64,000 nt of DNA, taken from assembly GCA_964016885.1 (NCBI GenBank), contig OZ024761.1, positions 14,756,001 to 14,820,000 of the forward strand, read 5' to 3'. A program made the translations under genes and the position numbers. This document shows positions 14,936 to 28,587 of the stretch, in pieces (positions within the stretch are counted from its first letter, which is position 1; each line of letters opens with the position of its first letter). The DNA comes from Eledone cirrhosa (Eukaryota). The notes under the pieces were generated by a model. The model had not been told where the DNA came from, searched no databases, and saw only the letters and a program-made list of their open reading frames with translations.

Positions 14936-15432
14936 TGGAACCCCTACAAAGGACCATGGGTACAGCTCCTCTCTGACATGTCTTGGACCCCCTGAAAAGG
15001 GCCTTAGGTACTGCTCCTCTCTCTCACTTGTCTTCGACCCCCCTAAAAGGGGCTACAGGTTTCCTCTTCTCTCTCACATGTCTTGGGCCTCCTGAAAAGG
15101 GCCATGGGTTCTGCTCTTTTCTGTGATATATCTTGGAGCCCCTGAAAAGGGCCACAGATACTGCTCCTCTCCCTGACATATCTTGGTCCCCTGAAAAGGG
15201 CCACAGGTACTGCTCCTCTCCCTGACATATCTTGGTCCCCTGAAAAGGGTCACGAGTACTGCTCCTCTCTGACATATCTTAGTCTTGGTCCCCTGAAAAG
15301 GTTCAGGGACACTGCTGCTCCCTCTGACATATTATGGAACCCTTGAAAAGGGCCATCGGTACTGCTCCTCCCTCCTAACCATATGTCATGGACCTCCTGA
15401 TAATGGCCATGGACCCTTGCCCCTCCTCTCTC
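14936..15432. repeat. About 50-bp GC-balanced minisatellite (about 10 diverged units)
   Basis: ccctgaaaagggcc...gtactgctcctctc...gacatatcttgg recurs about every 50 bp. Confidence 0.92.
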
Positions 15433-15787
15433 CACTAAACAGTTAAGGGGTGGGTTGCAGGGAAAGGGTTACCTAATTATAAAAAAGGGCTCGGCTAAGG
15501 GAGATAACTCGATTGGACTAATGTCAAGTAGGGGTAATGTTGGGTGTGTGTGACTGTGTTTGTGAGTGTATATATGTATGTTTGCATGTTTATCTGTGTG
15601 TGTGTATGCGTATGTTTGAATGTATGTGTAGTTACATGGAAAATGGTGGCTGCTATCTTTGTGAAACAAGCTTTTAGTCACGGGAACTGGAAACTCGTTT
15701 TTGGTGTAATCAAACAGGGAGGGAGGGGGAGAGGGGGGAAAGAGGGAGAGGGAGAGGGGGAGAGAGAGAGGGAGAGAGGGGGAGAGT

Positions 15788-15842
<55 letters not shown>

Positions 15843-15844
15843 AG

Positions 15845-16546
15845 AGACGTACAGAGATAGACAGACAGTCACAGATACATACACAGACAGAGAGACAGAC
15901 TCACACAGACTGATAGATACAGACATACACACACAGACACACTCAGTGACAGACAGATACATACATACACACAGACAGACACACACACAAACACACAGAC
16001 AGACACACACACAGACACACAGACAGTCAGACAGAAACAGAGACAGACAAACACAAGGACAGACAGATACACAGACAGACAAATAGACAGACAGACAGAC
16101 AGACAGGCCGACAGATACACTCACTGACTTACAGACAGACAGAGACACAGACAGACAGACAGACAGACAGACAGAGACACAGACAGACAGACAGACAGAC
16201 AGAGACACAGACAGACAGACAGACAACTACACAGACAGATACACAGACAGACATACACAGACAGATACACAGACAGACATACACAGACAGATACACAGAC
16301 AGACATACACAGACAGATACACAGACAGACAGACAGATACACAAGAGACAGACAGACAGACACACACACAGACAGATACACAGACAGACAGACATACAGA
16401 CATACAGACATACAGACATATAGACAGACAGACAGATACACAAGAGACAGACAGACAGACACACACACAGACAGATACACAGACAGACAGACATACAGAC
16501 ATACAGACATATAGACAGACAGACAGATACACAAGGGACAGACAAG
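15845..16546. repeat. (GACA)n-derived satellite
   Basis: Directly visible. Confidence 0.95.
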
Positions 16547-16778
16547 CAGCCGAGCAATGAGGAGAAGAAGGTGTGGCTGGATGTAAGACTTAGAAGTGTG
16601 TCTATAGATGTAAGTCCTTATGTAGGTAGGGGGCGATGGGGTGGAGGAGACGGGGGGGGGGGGGCACCTTCCCAACCCCCTCCTCGAAACCTTTGGGTGA
16701 CACGTGCACAGCATCATGTACTCCCAGCAGGCTCCTTATTCTCTCTCTCTCTCTCTCTCTCTCTGTCTTTCAATCTCT

Positions 16779-16837
<59 letters not shown>

Positions 16838-16843
16838 GTCTTT

Positions 16844-16897
<54 letters not shown>

Positions 16898-17036
16898 GTG
16901 TCTTTCTCTCTCTCTGTCAATATCTACCTACTTATCTCTCTCTCTCTCCGTGTCTCTGTCTTTCAGTCTCTCTCTCTCTTTCTCTCTCTCTCTATCTCTC
17001 TCTATGCCTCTCCTCCCTCTGTCTTTCTGTCACTCT

Positions 17037-17110
<74 letters not shown>

Positions 17111-17317
17111 GCCAAACAACAATATTTTGTCTCAGAAGTCACCAAAGTTCTTCCCACCCAGGGAGTGGTATTTGCGTCAATGTGTCTCTGTGTGTGTGTG
17201 TATGTGTGTATGAGTAAGTGTCTGTATGAGTGTGTGTGTCTGTGTATGTATCTGCGTGTGTGTGTGTGTCTGTATGAGTGTGTATGTATGTATCTGTGTG
17301 TGTGTGTGTCTGTAGGC

Positions 17318-17351
<34 letters not shown>

Positions 17352-17462
17352 ATGTATGTATGTGTAATTATGTATGTGACTGTATCCGATTATTTTCAGC
17401 TTGATGTGTGTATGTATATGATTATATGATCTATTACGCACGTTTGTGTGTATAATGTGTAG

Positions 17463-17494
<32 letters not shown>

Positions 17495-17638
17495 TATATG
17501 TGTGTGTGTGTCTGTGTGTGTCTGTGTGTGTGTGTGTGTATCATCATCATCATCGTTTAACGTCCATCTTCCACACTAGCATAGGTTAGACGGGAATTGT
17601 CCCACTTGAGGGTGACCGTCTCTCGCTCGTATAGGACA

Positions 17639-17696
<58 letters not shown>

Positions 17697-17897
17697 TTAA
17701 GGATACTATTTATGGTTATGTATATACTAAAACTTTTTATAGTTATATATATTTTAAACCCTAAACAGTGAAGGTCAGTAATTAATTACTACCTTATTAC
17801 CAGTAAGATAAATAGCTCTATGTAATAACATCAGTTGTTCTACAGAGCAGTTATATAGAATTCACAAGAATCAAAGCTATGTTCAAAGCATTTATTG

Positions 17898-17942
17898 ACT
17901 TACAATTGTTTCATCCAAACCTAGGCTTGAAGTCTTCGGAGC
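17898..17942 (-). ncRNA. Hammerhead motif with one core substitution
   Basis: gct CCGAAGA c ttcaagc-ctag-gtttgga t GAAAC AATT GTA agt. 7-bp stem II, palindromic stem III, GUA triplet. Confidence 0.6.
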
Positions 17943-18375
17943 ATTTTTCAATGTTTGTACACATAATTGACCTCCTTTCCAACGCAAGAGAAATACAGAT
18001 ACATATGTATATATTGATGTACAGTGGAGTGACATATATTATATTATATTATTTCTGTATAGCAATTCAAATTCAAAATCAAAATCAAAATTAAAATTAA
18101 AACAAAATTAAAACAAAATTAAAATACATTCGGCAGTTAACATAGATAATGCAAGAGGATAGTTTGTTAGTCAGATGTAGTAGTTATTGTATGTGTTAGT
18201 TACACGTGGGGCATGCACGTGTGTCTCATTTATATATGATTATTGTGTGGCAGGGTGTTACATGTAATAGAAGCACTTTAAGCGGGTAAGTAAGAGTATT
18301 ATGGAGGTTGTAGTGGTAAGGTATTTTTTGTATATAATAAATTCTATATATATATATATATATATACTGTATATA

Positions 18376-18517
18376 TAGGAAAAGAGTCAGGTCACCGACG
18401 GCTGAGCTCCGGCTGTTACGACGGCTAGTTCTGAACTCTTTTCCTGTTACCCATTCTACTACCCCAGGTATCGAGTACTCTGGTGGGCTATGGTCTAGCT
18501 GGTTTTTACCACACCCT
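18376..18517. mobile_element. Family J short element (gacggctgagctc motif) with internal inversion, in (TA)n
   Basis: Related copies at about 21400-21548, 31848-32062, 41464-41655, 42725-43480, 54695-54902, 60170-60240 and 62200-62760. Confidence 0.7.
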
Positions 18518-18518
18518 A

Positions 18519-18688
<170 letters not shown>

Positions 18689-18874
18689 ATAATAATAATA
18701 ATAATAAAATAATAATAGTAATAATAATAAATTTGAAGACTAAAATCCAAAGAGGGCTCGATAAGGATAAATATATATCAAATATATAAGAACCGTAGAG
18801 CATTACTTTAATAAATATATATATATATATATATATATATGGAGAGAGAGAGAGAGAGCGAGAGAGAGAGAGGG

Positions 18875-18905
<31 letters not shown>

Positions 18906-18909
18906 GAGA

Positions 18910-19237
18910 AGTTCTATTTAAATTGTTGGGATACAACAAGAAAATATTTTTATAACTGATATAAAGCACTCAACAAATTATTGGAGTAAAAATACGATAT
19001 ATTAAGAAATGGAAACTATATTTATAAAACCATATTTATTTCATTATAACCCCACTATCCGGGAGCTTCCAACAGAAATGGTCGCATTCTTTAAGGGTAT
19101 GTCAATATTTATTTATAAAACTGCTCTACATTATATTTTATCTGATGAAAGCACACCATAATTTAACTTGGTGTCCTTGAAATATGTATGAAATAAATAT
19201 GGTTTTATAAATATAGTTTCCATTTCTTAATATATCG

Positions 19238-19240
<3 letters not shown>
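18910..19240. mobile_element. Family A remnant with about 52-bp inverted arms and a plus-strand hammerhead (19136-19195)
   Basis: Arms at about 18992-19044 and 19188-19240. CTGATGA at 19142-19148, stem II acacca/tggtgt, GAAA at 19179-19182. Confidence 0.7.
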
Positions 19241-19316
<76 letters not shown>

Positions 19317-19814
19317 GCTAACTCGGTTGAAGTTCTATTTAAATATTGATTTCTAGCTTCAACCTCTTCACCACACCGCCATCACTACCACTAACACCAC
19401 CACCTCTACCACCATCACCACCAGCACCACCACTACCACCATCAACACCACCACTAACACCTCTACCACCACCAACATCACCGCCACCATTCCCACCACC
19501 ACCTACATCACCACCAACATCACCGCCACCACCACCACCATGAACACCACTACCATTCCCACCACCACCAACATCACCGCCACCACCATGAACACCACTA
19601 CCATTCCCACCACCACCAACATCACCGCCACCACCACCACCATGAACACCACTACCATTCCCACCACCACCTACATCAACACCACTACCATCACCACCAC
19701 CACTACCATCACCACTACCATCACCACCACCACCACTACCACTACCAAACCACCATGGAGCAATCTATAACTTCAATTTTCTAATTAAGATATTACTATC
19801 TAACTCATTAACTA

Positions 19815-20015
19815 AGGCTGGTACTCCGTCGGTTACAACGACGAATAATCTAGCTGATACAGCCTGCTCTTGAAATTAAAGTGAATGTGTTTGAACATCC
19901 CACAGGCAGGCGCATTCTTAACGTAATTCTCAGGGAGATTCAGCGTTACACAGAATGTAACAAAGCTGCCCCCTTCCACTGAGTAGACTGGAGTAACGTG
20001 AAATAAAGTGTGTTG
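19815..20015 (+). mobile_element. Dispersed SINE-like repeat (cttaacgtaattctcagggagattcagcg family)
   Basis: Same motif three times in tandem at about 24580-24900, and reversed at about 27000-27075. Confidence 0.65.
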
Positions 20016-20069
20016 ACCATATCTCCATATTTTACGAGGGATCAAATTTGGATGAGTTTGAAGATATCG

Positions 20070-20480
20070 TTGTCCTCCGGTATTCGTGGGGGATTACCGC
20101 GAATATTGGACGTGGTTAAAATATAACGTAAAATATAATGGTTTCTTATATAGTCACAAGGCCAGCAATTTTGGAGGCCAGGGAAAGTCAATTAAATCGA
20201 CACCCAGTGCATGACTGGTACTTTATTTTATCGACCCCGGAAGGATGAAAGGCAAAGTTATCCTCGGCGGGATTTGAACTCAGATCATAAAGGGCCGTAA
20301 CTCTATGCTGCAAATATATATATTGCCACGAAGAAAGCTATTTAAAAAATCGCGGAAGATATTTACGATTCCGCAAATATGCGGTGGTTTCCACGAACAA
20401 TTATTAGTTAGGTTCTAAGGAAAATACCGCGAATAACCGGAACCGCGAATGCTGGGGTCGTGAATTCCGGGGGTACACTG
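20070..20480. mobile_element. Tigger/pogo-type MITE interrupted by a SINE (about 20150-20312)
   Basis: Repeated ccgcgaata/tattcgtgg subterminal motifs. Right end gggggtacactg followed by TA. Left end degraded. Confidence 0.5.
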
Positions 20481-20519
20481 TATATGTGTGTGTGTGTGTG
20501 TGTGTGCGTGTGTGTGTTG

Positions 20520-20893
20520 ATGTCCATGGTTTAACATGCGAAATCTGTAACAGATTCTGCTTCAGCAAGTCTAGTAAAAAAAAGGTCATCTTCGCAGTAA
20601 TGAATGGTAGAGCTCCTGCCGATTACAAAATCGCCATGGCCGGAAATACGACATACATATGCAGACCCTGTGGCAAAGATTGCAGGTGTGCTGGCGGCCT
20701 AATAAGGCAGATTAAAGAGCATAATGACCCTTAAGGAGCCAATAATGTTATATCGAGAGCATTGCACACCTGCCAACTTTGTGTAAAACACTGATACTTC
20801 CAGGCCTAAAAAGTCATATCAGTTTGCAGCACCCTCATGTCTTTGTGTGGGTGCTGTTTGATAGCCATACCCGATCACGGGGTGACTTCCAAC
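20520..20893 (+). mobile_element. 3' end of RTE-like LINE with repeated C2H2-like motifs
   Basis: LTCEICNRFCFS, YICRPCGKDCRCAGGLIRQIKEH and TCQLCVK..GLKSH, then a hairpin tail and (TA)n. Confidence 0.6.
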
Positions 20894-20920
20894 ATATATA
20901 TATATATATGTACATATATA

Positions 20921-21030
20921 TCTAGGGCGGGTAAAATTCCTGAGATCCATTGACGAGATCTCTCCAGCGGTCTCTGTCCTTCATCCTCGCCGCCATATCC
21001 TGCGTCTCCAAGAAAGGAAGGAGGCAGAGG
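20921..21030 (-). mobile_element. LINE C-terminal fragment (DRxxWR motif)
   Basis: Minus strand translates to ETQDMAARMKDRDRWRDLV, typical of RTE-type ORF ends. Confidence 0.5.
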
Positions 21031-21075
21031 AGTTGATGCAGGAGGTGGGGACTGTGTCGATGAGTGTGGGGCTGA

Positions 21076-21145
<70 letters not shown>

Positions 21146-21340
21146 TTTAGTACACCATAGACGAAGCTCTAGTATACGGCCAAGCTAGCGTGTATGCTTA
21201 TTCGGTTTGTAGCTTTAGCACTCATATGAGGTAAGACCCCAGAGTATAACATTATGTTCAGACAGCTTAGCAAATTAGATATTGCAGTCGGCAGTCCGAC
21301 CGCATCACTAGAGCAACGAAAATACAGGACCCAGGTAAAG

Positions 21341-21405
<65 letters not shown>

Positions 21406-21576
21406 ACTCAGGACCCCGACGGCTGAGCTCCGGCCGTTTCGACAGCCATTTCTGAACGACTCTTTTCCTATTACCCACTCTACTACCCATAGTATCGAGT
21501 ACTCTGGTGCGTTATGGTCCACCTGGTTTCTTACCACACTTGCTTCGTTATATATATATATATATATATATATATC

Positions 21577-21607
<31 letters not shown>

Positions 21608-21665
21608 GCATGTGTGTATAAATCTGGGCTTTTCGAATGTTAACAATAATATTCGATTCGTTTGC

Positions 21666-21719
<54 letters not shown>

Positions 21720-22131
21720 AGTATAGAAATTGTTGTAGCGAGAAGCCAACAGTATTCCATAATATATAAGTGACTATAGCGTCAAAATGGGAAAATAGTT
21801 AACATAAGATATGGGAAAAATAATTCAAACTCAATTCAAAAGGAATCAGGATATAGATTTATCCAACAGAATTTAGAGAAATCCATTGAAAAATCAATAG
21901 AGCCTTAACTCATGATAAAACAAAGTCTAAAGTACTCATCCTTCAATTTGGGACAACTTCAAATGCTCTGTATAGTCTTGAAAAGACTATTTCACGAAAA
22001 CTTTCAGTGGGGATGGTCACGGTTGGATTTCGTTCATCAGCAGAGCTCAACATGGTAACCAAGGTCTCACTGATTAATATGCCAAAAAGGGAATTTAAAA
22101 GCAGGCTAGTTTAACATCATGCGTGATTATG

Positions 22132-22163
<32 letters not shown>

Positions 22164-22319
22164 ATGTGTGTGTGTGGTGTGGGTGTGGGTGTGAGTGTTT
22201 TCCATGCTCTTGATTACGATTAAGCGAATGCAATATTTTATTCCCCACACCCATTCCAAAATAAAATGTATGATTTTATTCTGATTGATATTATTATTTA
22301 TTATCGATATGAAATTAAT

Positions 22320-22775
22320 TGGAAGGTGTGAGGGAAATATAAGTATGTTGATGGTTGCGCCAACCCTTACCTATGGTCAAGAATCTTGGATATTGACCAA
22401 AAGGATAAGATTGCAAATATAAGCGACTGAAATAAGGTTTTTCCAAAGTGTCTTTGGAATAACTGTTTCTACTTTTGGCACAAGGCCAGCAATTATCCCA
22501 GTGCATTACTGGTACTTTATTTTATCGACCCCGTAAGGATGAAAGGCAAAGTTAACCTCGGCGGGATTTGAACTCAGAACGTAAAGGGCCATAACTCTAT
22601 GCTGTAAAGCATGGTGTCTGACGCTCTACCGATACTGCCAATTCACCGCCCTTGTGTCTTTGGAATAACGTTACTCGATCTGGTGCCTAGCTCGGAGATC
22701 AGAGAGTAGCTCCAGGGAGACCCACTTCTCCGAATTGAGAGAACGAAGCTCCAGTATTATGGACATGTGATTGGA
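22320..22775 (+). mobile_element. RTE-clade LINE fragment split by a SINE
   Basis: With the SINE removed: VAPTLTYGQESWILTKRIRLQI*ATEIRFFQSVFGITLLDLVPSSEIRE*LQGDPLLRIERTKLQYYGHVI. Confidence 0.85.
22464..22653 (-). mobile_element. Full tRNA-derived SINE (family 1) with 16-bp target-site duplication
   Basis: TSD gtgtctttggaataac at 22448-22463 and 22654-22669. A/B boxes present, with central gcctttcatccttacggggtcgataaaataaagtaccag (Meta-domain-like). Confidence 0.93.
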
Positions 22776-23069
22776 ATAGCTAAGATAAGAATCGAGAGAT
22801 GGGGAGGGCGAAAGAGATGGAGGCGATGACGGTGGGAGTTCGGCTCTTCTGTGTTCGAACACATTGCACCCGTCATGTGGGTCATATGCATGACATACAT
22901 ATATACCTACCTACATAATAGTTGATGTTTAAAAAAAACACAACTCTAAAGTATTCACAAAGGCGTCTACGTTTAGTGAATCGGTAAAAAATAATAATAA
23001 TAATTATTATAAGGAACGGATTGTTTTATTTCTGAACAAAAAAGAAAAGGAAAGGAAACGGGAGGCAGT

Positions 23070-23222
23070 AAATAAATTAAAAAGTAAATAAATTAAGAAG
23101 TAAATAAATCAAAAGGTAAATAAATCAAAAGGTAAATAAATCAAAAGATAAATAAATCAAAAGGTAAATAAATCAAAAGGTAAATAAATCAAAAAGTAAA
23201 TAAATCAAAAAGTAAATAAATT
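23070..23222. repeat. 16-bp AT-rich tandem repeat (aaataaatcaaaaggt)
   Basis: About 9 units, directly visible. Confidence 0.9.
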
Positions 23223-23394
23223 CTATCAACATAATCGTAATCAACAGCTTGGAAAATGTATTTCTGCAAAATTTTATTTAAAAAAATATGTATTATTAGG
23301 AAAATTATGAAGAAACGAAATTGGGAGAGGAGGGAGGGGGAGTAGGAGGGGGAGGGAGGAGTGGGTAATGGCAGGAAACTGTTGTTATGACTAT

Positions 23395-24372
23395 GTGAGT
23401 GTGTGTGTGTATGGTGAGAGGGGGCTAAGTGTGTGTGTCTATGGTGAGAGGAGAGGTGAGTGTGTGCGTATGGTGAGAGGAGAGAGGTGTGTGTCTATGT
23501 ATGGTGAGAAGGTCTAAGTGTGTGTGTGTGTGTGTGTGGTGAGAGGGAGCTAAGAGTGTGTGTGTATGTATGGTGAGAAGGGGCTAAGTGTGTGTGTGTC
23601 TATGGTGAGAAGGGGCTAAGTGTGCGTGTCTATGGTGAGAGGAGAGGTAAGAGTGTGTGTCTATAGTGAGAGGAGAGAGGTGTGTGTCTATGTATGGTGA
23701 GAAGGTCTAAGTGTGTGTGTGTGTGTGTGTGTGTGGTGAGAGGGAGCTAAGAGTGTGTGTGTCTATGGTGAGAGGAGAGGTGTGTGTGGTTGTATGGTGA
23801 GAAGGAGCTAAGAGTGTGTGTGTATGGTGAGAGAGGGGCTACGTGTGCGTATGTATGGTGAGAGGGGGGGTGTATGTATGGTGAGAGAGGGGCTAAGTGT
23901 GTGTGTATGGTGAACAAGAGGAGAGGTGTGTGTGTGTGCTTGTGTGTAAGGTGAACAAGAGAAGAGGTGTATGTGTATGTGTGTGTGTGTATGAAAGGTG
24001 AACAAGAGGAGAGGTGTGTGTGCGTGTGTGTGTGTAAGGTGAACAAGAGAAGAGATGTATGTGTATGTGTGTGTGAAAGGTGAACAAGAGGAGAGGTGTC
24101 TGTGTGTGTGAAAGGTGAACAAGAGAAGAGGTGTATGTGTATGCGTGTGTGCGTGTGTGTGTGTAAGGTGAACAAGAGAAGAGGTGTATGTGTGTGAGTA
24201 TAAGGTGAACAAGAGAAGAGGTGTATGTGTATGTGTGTGTGTGTGTGTATAAGGTGAACAAGAGAAGAGGTGTATGTGTATGTGTGTGTATGAAAGGTGA
24301 ACAAGAGAAGAGGTGTATGTGTGTGTGTGTATGAAAGGTGAACAAGAGGAAAGGTATATGTGTGTGTAAAGT
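23395..24372. repeat. (TG)-based minisatellite with motif turnover along the array
   Basis: atggtgagaggag/gctaag units give way at about 23910 to aaggtgaacaagagaagagg units. Confidence 0.92.
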
Positions 24373-24497
24373 GACTAAAAGTGCATGTGTGTGTGTATAA
24401 TGGGAAAGAATGCGACTATGTGTATGTGTAAGGTGAGCAATCGAGGTGAATGTGTGTTTAAGACGAAATGGAGAGAGAGAGGGAGGGTGAGAGAGGG

Positions 24498-24540
<43 letters not shown>

Positions 24541-24978
24541 TGAAAGAGAGCAGAGTGAGAGGGATAGGGAGAGTGTGTATTTCACAGACGTGTATACATT
24601 ACGTAACGAAATCTCAGGGAGATTCAAGAGAGAGTTCGTGACAAGGCTGACCCTTACAATTTCAGGTATAGTACATATTGTAACAGTTTAATTGGTTGAG
24701 TATTCTACACAGACACGTGTACCCTAAACGCAATTCTCAGGGAGATTCAACATAAAACAGCACATGTCAAGGGTTTCCCTCTGAATTACAGGTACAGCCA
24801 ATTTTGTAGTATAGTGTAATTGGTTGAGTATTCTGCACAGACACGTGTACCCTATACGTAATTCTCAGAGAGATCCAACATGACACAGCGCGTTACATGA
24901 CTGACAGTAAAATTGTACCCTTGCCCAGGCTTATGTGAGTAATAATTTATATAAATGGTTTAAAGGGTTCCTACTTAA

Positions 24979-25345
24979 CCCATTAGCATGTAAACCGGCC
25001 GTACCCGGCCAGAATTCTCTCACCTCTTTCTGTTCAAACCAGCTGTAACCGGCAGCTCATACTGATGTTAAGGTGCTGTTCTCAAAATAGATAATATCAA
25101 AATCTCATAGATTCGATATTATGAGAGATAATTATGTGAGGTAAGGCCTTTACCGTGAAAATACAATAGTATATACAGAGTAATGTAAATGTTATATGAG
25201 ATAATTATGTGAGGTAAGGCCTTTACCATGAAAATACAATAGTAAATATAGAGTAATGTAAATGTTATATGAGATGATTATGTCAGGTAAAGCCTTTACC
25301 ATGAAAATACAATAGTATATATAGAGTAATGTAAATGTTAAAGGG
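24979..25345. mobile_element. piggyBac-type MITE with an internal 73-bp triplication
   Basis: TTAA|CCCATTAGCATGTA...TAAATGTTAAAGGG|TTTA. Homologous (reversed) to 45343-45546 and 51342-51553. Confidence 0.75.
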
Positions 25346-25399
25346 TTTATGATCCAATCATCGTAGTGCTTCTCAGCCATCTTATTGTCGTATGATATA

Positions 25400-26338
25400 T
25401 GCACATTGGTTAGAGAGACAGATTGAGATTGGAGAGCTAGGCTAAGGCACCATTTTCGGCATTAAGGATTGCCTCCAGGCCACCAGGAAAATGTCCGCTG
25501 GAGCAATCCCGAACAACATGCAGTACTGTCTGGTCAGGGTCCCCAAAGTCACATACTGGACTGTCTTTCATTTCCCATCGATGGAGATGATGGTCTGTCT
25601 TGGCATGGTTTGGACAGATCCGATTAAGGGACACCAATTACTTACTAGGAAGGTCAAAGCCGACTGGACAGAAGTCAAAGCCGGCTGGACAGATCCGACC
25701 AAGGAACACCAATTACTTACTAGGAAGGTCAAAACCGACTGGTTTAGATGTAGGGTCCTGGTTGATGTCTTGGTTGGCAAATTTGGACTCATTCCATGAT
25801 CTTCGCCACTCTTCTTTCAGATCAAAGTTATTGTCTTGAAGGGTCTTCATTGGTTTCCAGAATGGTGTGCGTGAATACAAGCACATGTTGGGAAAGTTTT
25901 CTAGGTCTTCGTGGATGGGAAGGTCAAACTTTGACTCAGTAATAAGTGCTGTTTCACGGATCATCTGCTGTGAGAAGGAGCTATATGAGAAAGGGTAGGC
26001 AGCCACTGAGTAGGTGCAGATTTCGGTGTACCAGATACTATTCTCATTGCTGAGTTGAAGATAGTTGTTTCTATTATTGGGACAAGGCCAGCAATTATAC
26101 CAGTACATTACTGGTACTTTATTTTATCGACCCCGTAAGGATGAAAGGCAAAGTTAAACTCGGCAGGATGAAGATTGTGTCAACTTGTTAGGCTTGGCAG
26201 CTCCCTGCTCAAACCGGTGAACAGTACTCTGCAACTGAATATGCAAGTGCTATGCTAAGCACGCAGTTCAGAGCATGTGTGCATCAAACCCACAGCTCTT
26301 TCCTGCCAACTTGCAGATCGTATTAATCCTAGTCTCAA
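25400..26338 (-). mobile_element. Decayed Ingi/Vingi-like LINE 3' portion, interrupted by a SINE
   Basis: TRINTICKLAGKSCG...LAYSVAEYCSPV, PVGFDLP..VSLNRI, HLHRWEMKDSPVCDFGDPDQTVLHVVRDC (CCHC-like knuckle). Internal duplication at 25611/25685. Confidence 0.78.
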
Positions 26339-26650
26339 ATAATTGTTTCTACTTTTGGCACAAGGCCAGTACATTACTGGTACTTTATTTTATCGACCCC
26401 CGTAATTATGAAAGACAAAGTTAACCTCGACGGGATTTGAATTCAGAATGGCAAAGGCCGTAACTCTGTGCTACAAAGCATGGCGTCCGACCCTCTACCG
26501 ATACTGCCAATCAACCAATGATAAAAGACTGATCATACAATTAAAGAAGTTTCTTTTTTCACTCTCTGACGCTTGCTTATCTGACTTTAATAGAAAGTGT
26601 TTCTAGTCCAAATGGTACACGTGTCTGTAGAATGCTCCTCCCATTCACAC

Positions 26651-26685
<35 letters not shown>

Positions 26686-27165
26686 CTCTCTCTCTCTCTC
26701 ACACTCACACATACTCTCTCTCACACACTCACACATACGCTCACACACGCACTCACATACACTCACTCACACACACACTCACACACACACTCACATACTC
26801 ACACTCACTCACACACACACAGTCTCTCTCACACTCACACATACTCTCTCTCACACACACATACGCTCACACACTCACACACACACACTCACATACACAC
26901 ACTCACACTCACACATTCACACACTCACACACTCACTCACACACACCCACTCACTCACATACACTCACACACACACACTCACTCACTCACACACACTCGT
27001 TAATTTCATGAGTCGGCTGTCCCATTGATCGATCCGCTGGAACACTCATCGATGAAACCGACGGAAGACCAGTTCCGTTTGCAAACCGGAAGGAATATAA
27101 AAGGCCAGACTATACCGGAAGTAATCTCTCTCCCTCTCTCTCAATATCCCCCACTGTCATGGCTA

Positions 27166-27648
27166 GATGATGGTGGTGGTGGTGATGGTGGTGATGGTGA
27201 GGGTGTTGGTGGTGGTGATGATGATGGTGGTGGTGGTGGTGTTGGTGATTATGGTGATGATGGTGGTGGTGATGATGGTGGTGATGGTGAGGGTGGTGGT
27301 GGTGGTGGTGGTGATGATGGTGGTGATGATGGTGGTGAGGGTGGTGATGGTGATGGTGATGATGATGGTGATGGTGTTGGTGATGATGGTGATGGTGATA
27401 GTGATGATGATGATGGTGGTGGTGTTGGTGATGATGGTGATGGTGATGGTGGTGGTAGTGGTGATGATGGTGATGATGATGGTGGTGGTGGTAGTGGTGA
27501 TGATGGTGATGATGATGGTGGTGGTGGTAGTGGTGATGATGGTGATGATGATGATGGTGGTGGTAGTGGTGATGATGGTGATGATGATGGTGGTGGTGGT
27601 AGTGGTGATGATGGTGATGATGATGATGGTGGTGGTGGTGGTGATGAT
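27166..27648. repeat. (GGT/GAT)n trinucleotide repeat
   Basis: Directly visible. It explains the poly-G/D, poly-H and poly-V/M ORFs. Confidence 0.96.
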
Positions 27649-28540
27649 AGAAACAGCAGCAAGCAGGCAACAGTTAATGACCCGTAACGTAAGAGGTGTG
27701 TGGGTGGAGGCGGCGGCGGAGGAGGAAGGAGGTGGAGGGAGTACAATACTATAGTACAAATGGTGGTGGCGGTGGTGGTGGAGACGGGGCTGCAAAGATA
27801 TTATCACGTGACTTATTAAAAAACGTGAACAAGGGTCAAAGATGGTGGGTGGATGAATGGAGGGAGGTTGGTGAGTGGATGAGTGAGGGGGGAGTAGAGG
27901 ATGAGTGAAGTTTGTGTGGATCATTGAGAGGGAGTGGATGAGTGAGGGGCGAGTGGATGAGTGCGGGGGAGTGGATAAGTGTGTGTGTTTGGGGGGGGGT
28001 GCTTGTGGATGTGAGAGTGAGGGGTGGTCGCGAGTGGATGTGAGAGTGAGGGGTGGGGGTGAGAGGATGAGTGTGTGTATGTTGTGGTGGAGGGGGGTTT
28101 GATGAGTGGATGAGTGAGGGGAGGGGGGGTCGAGTGGATGAGTGTGGTGGGATCGCGAGTGGATGAGTGTGTGGTGGTGTGGGGCGATAAATGTGTGTGT
28201 ATGGTTGGGGGGTCGCGAGTGGATGTGTTAGGGGTGGGGTGAGGGTGGGCGGTATTGGTGGGGGGGGGGAGCGTGTGTGGTGGGGTGCTAGTGGATGAGT
28301 GAGGCAAATACTTTTATGCCATCAGAACACACACAAAAACAAGGGGTGGGGGTGGGGGGATTTCAATAGAACTTTTAGGGGGCAACAGGAGGAAGGGGTT
28401 TACAATATAAGAGGGATAGGGGTAGAGAGAGAGCCTCGACGGGGGAGGGAGCAAAGAGCAATCAACAGCTTTCATGTATTTTTACACTTCAATGACGGAA
28501 CAACTGAAAGTCTGTCTGTAGGCAGTACCCACTCTCTCTC

Positions 28541-28587
<47 letters not shown>

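Noticed and set aside
14936-15432. CRISPR-like appearance of the 50-bp array
   Set aside because: Whole units are homologous with no unique spacers. No cas genes, and the context is eukaryotic.
21716-22130. Possible Penelope RT-thumb/GIY-YIG junction remnant
   Set aside because: Multiple stops and only vague similarity. It cannot be supported without a translated search.
27025-27924. Gly/Asp-rich and poly-His ORFs resembling biomineral or beak proteins
   Set aside because: Simple (GGT/GAT)n expansion. The start lies in a SINE-like fragment and there is no signal peptide.
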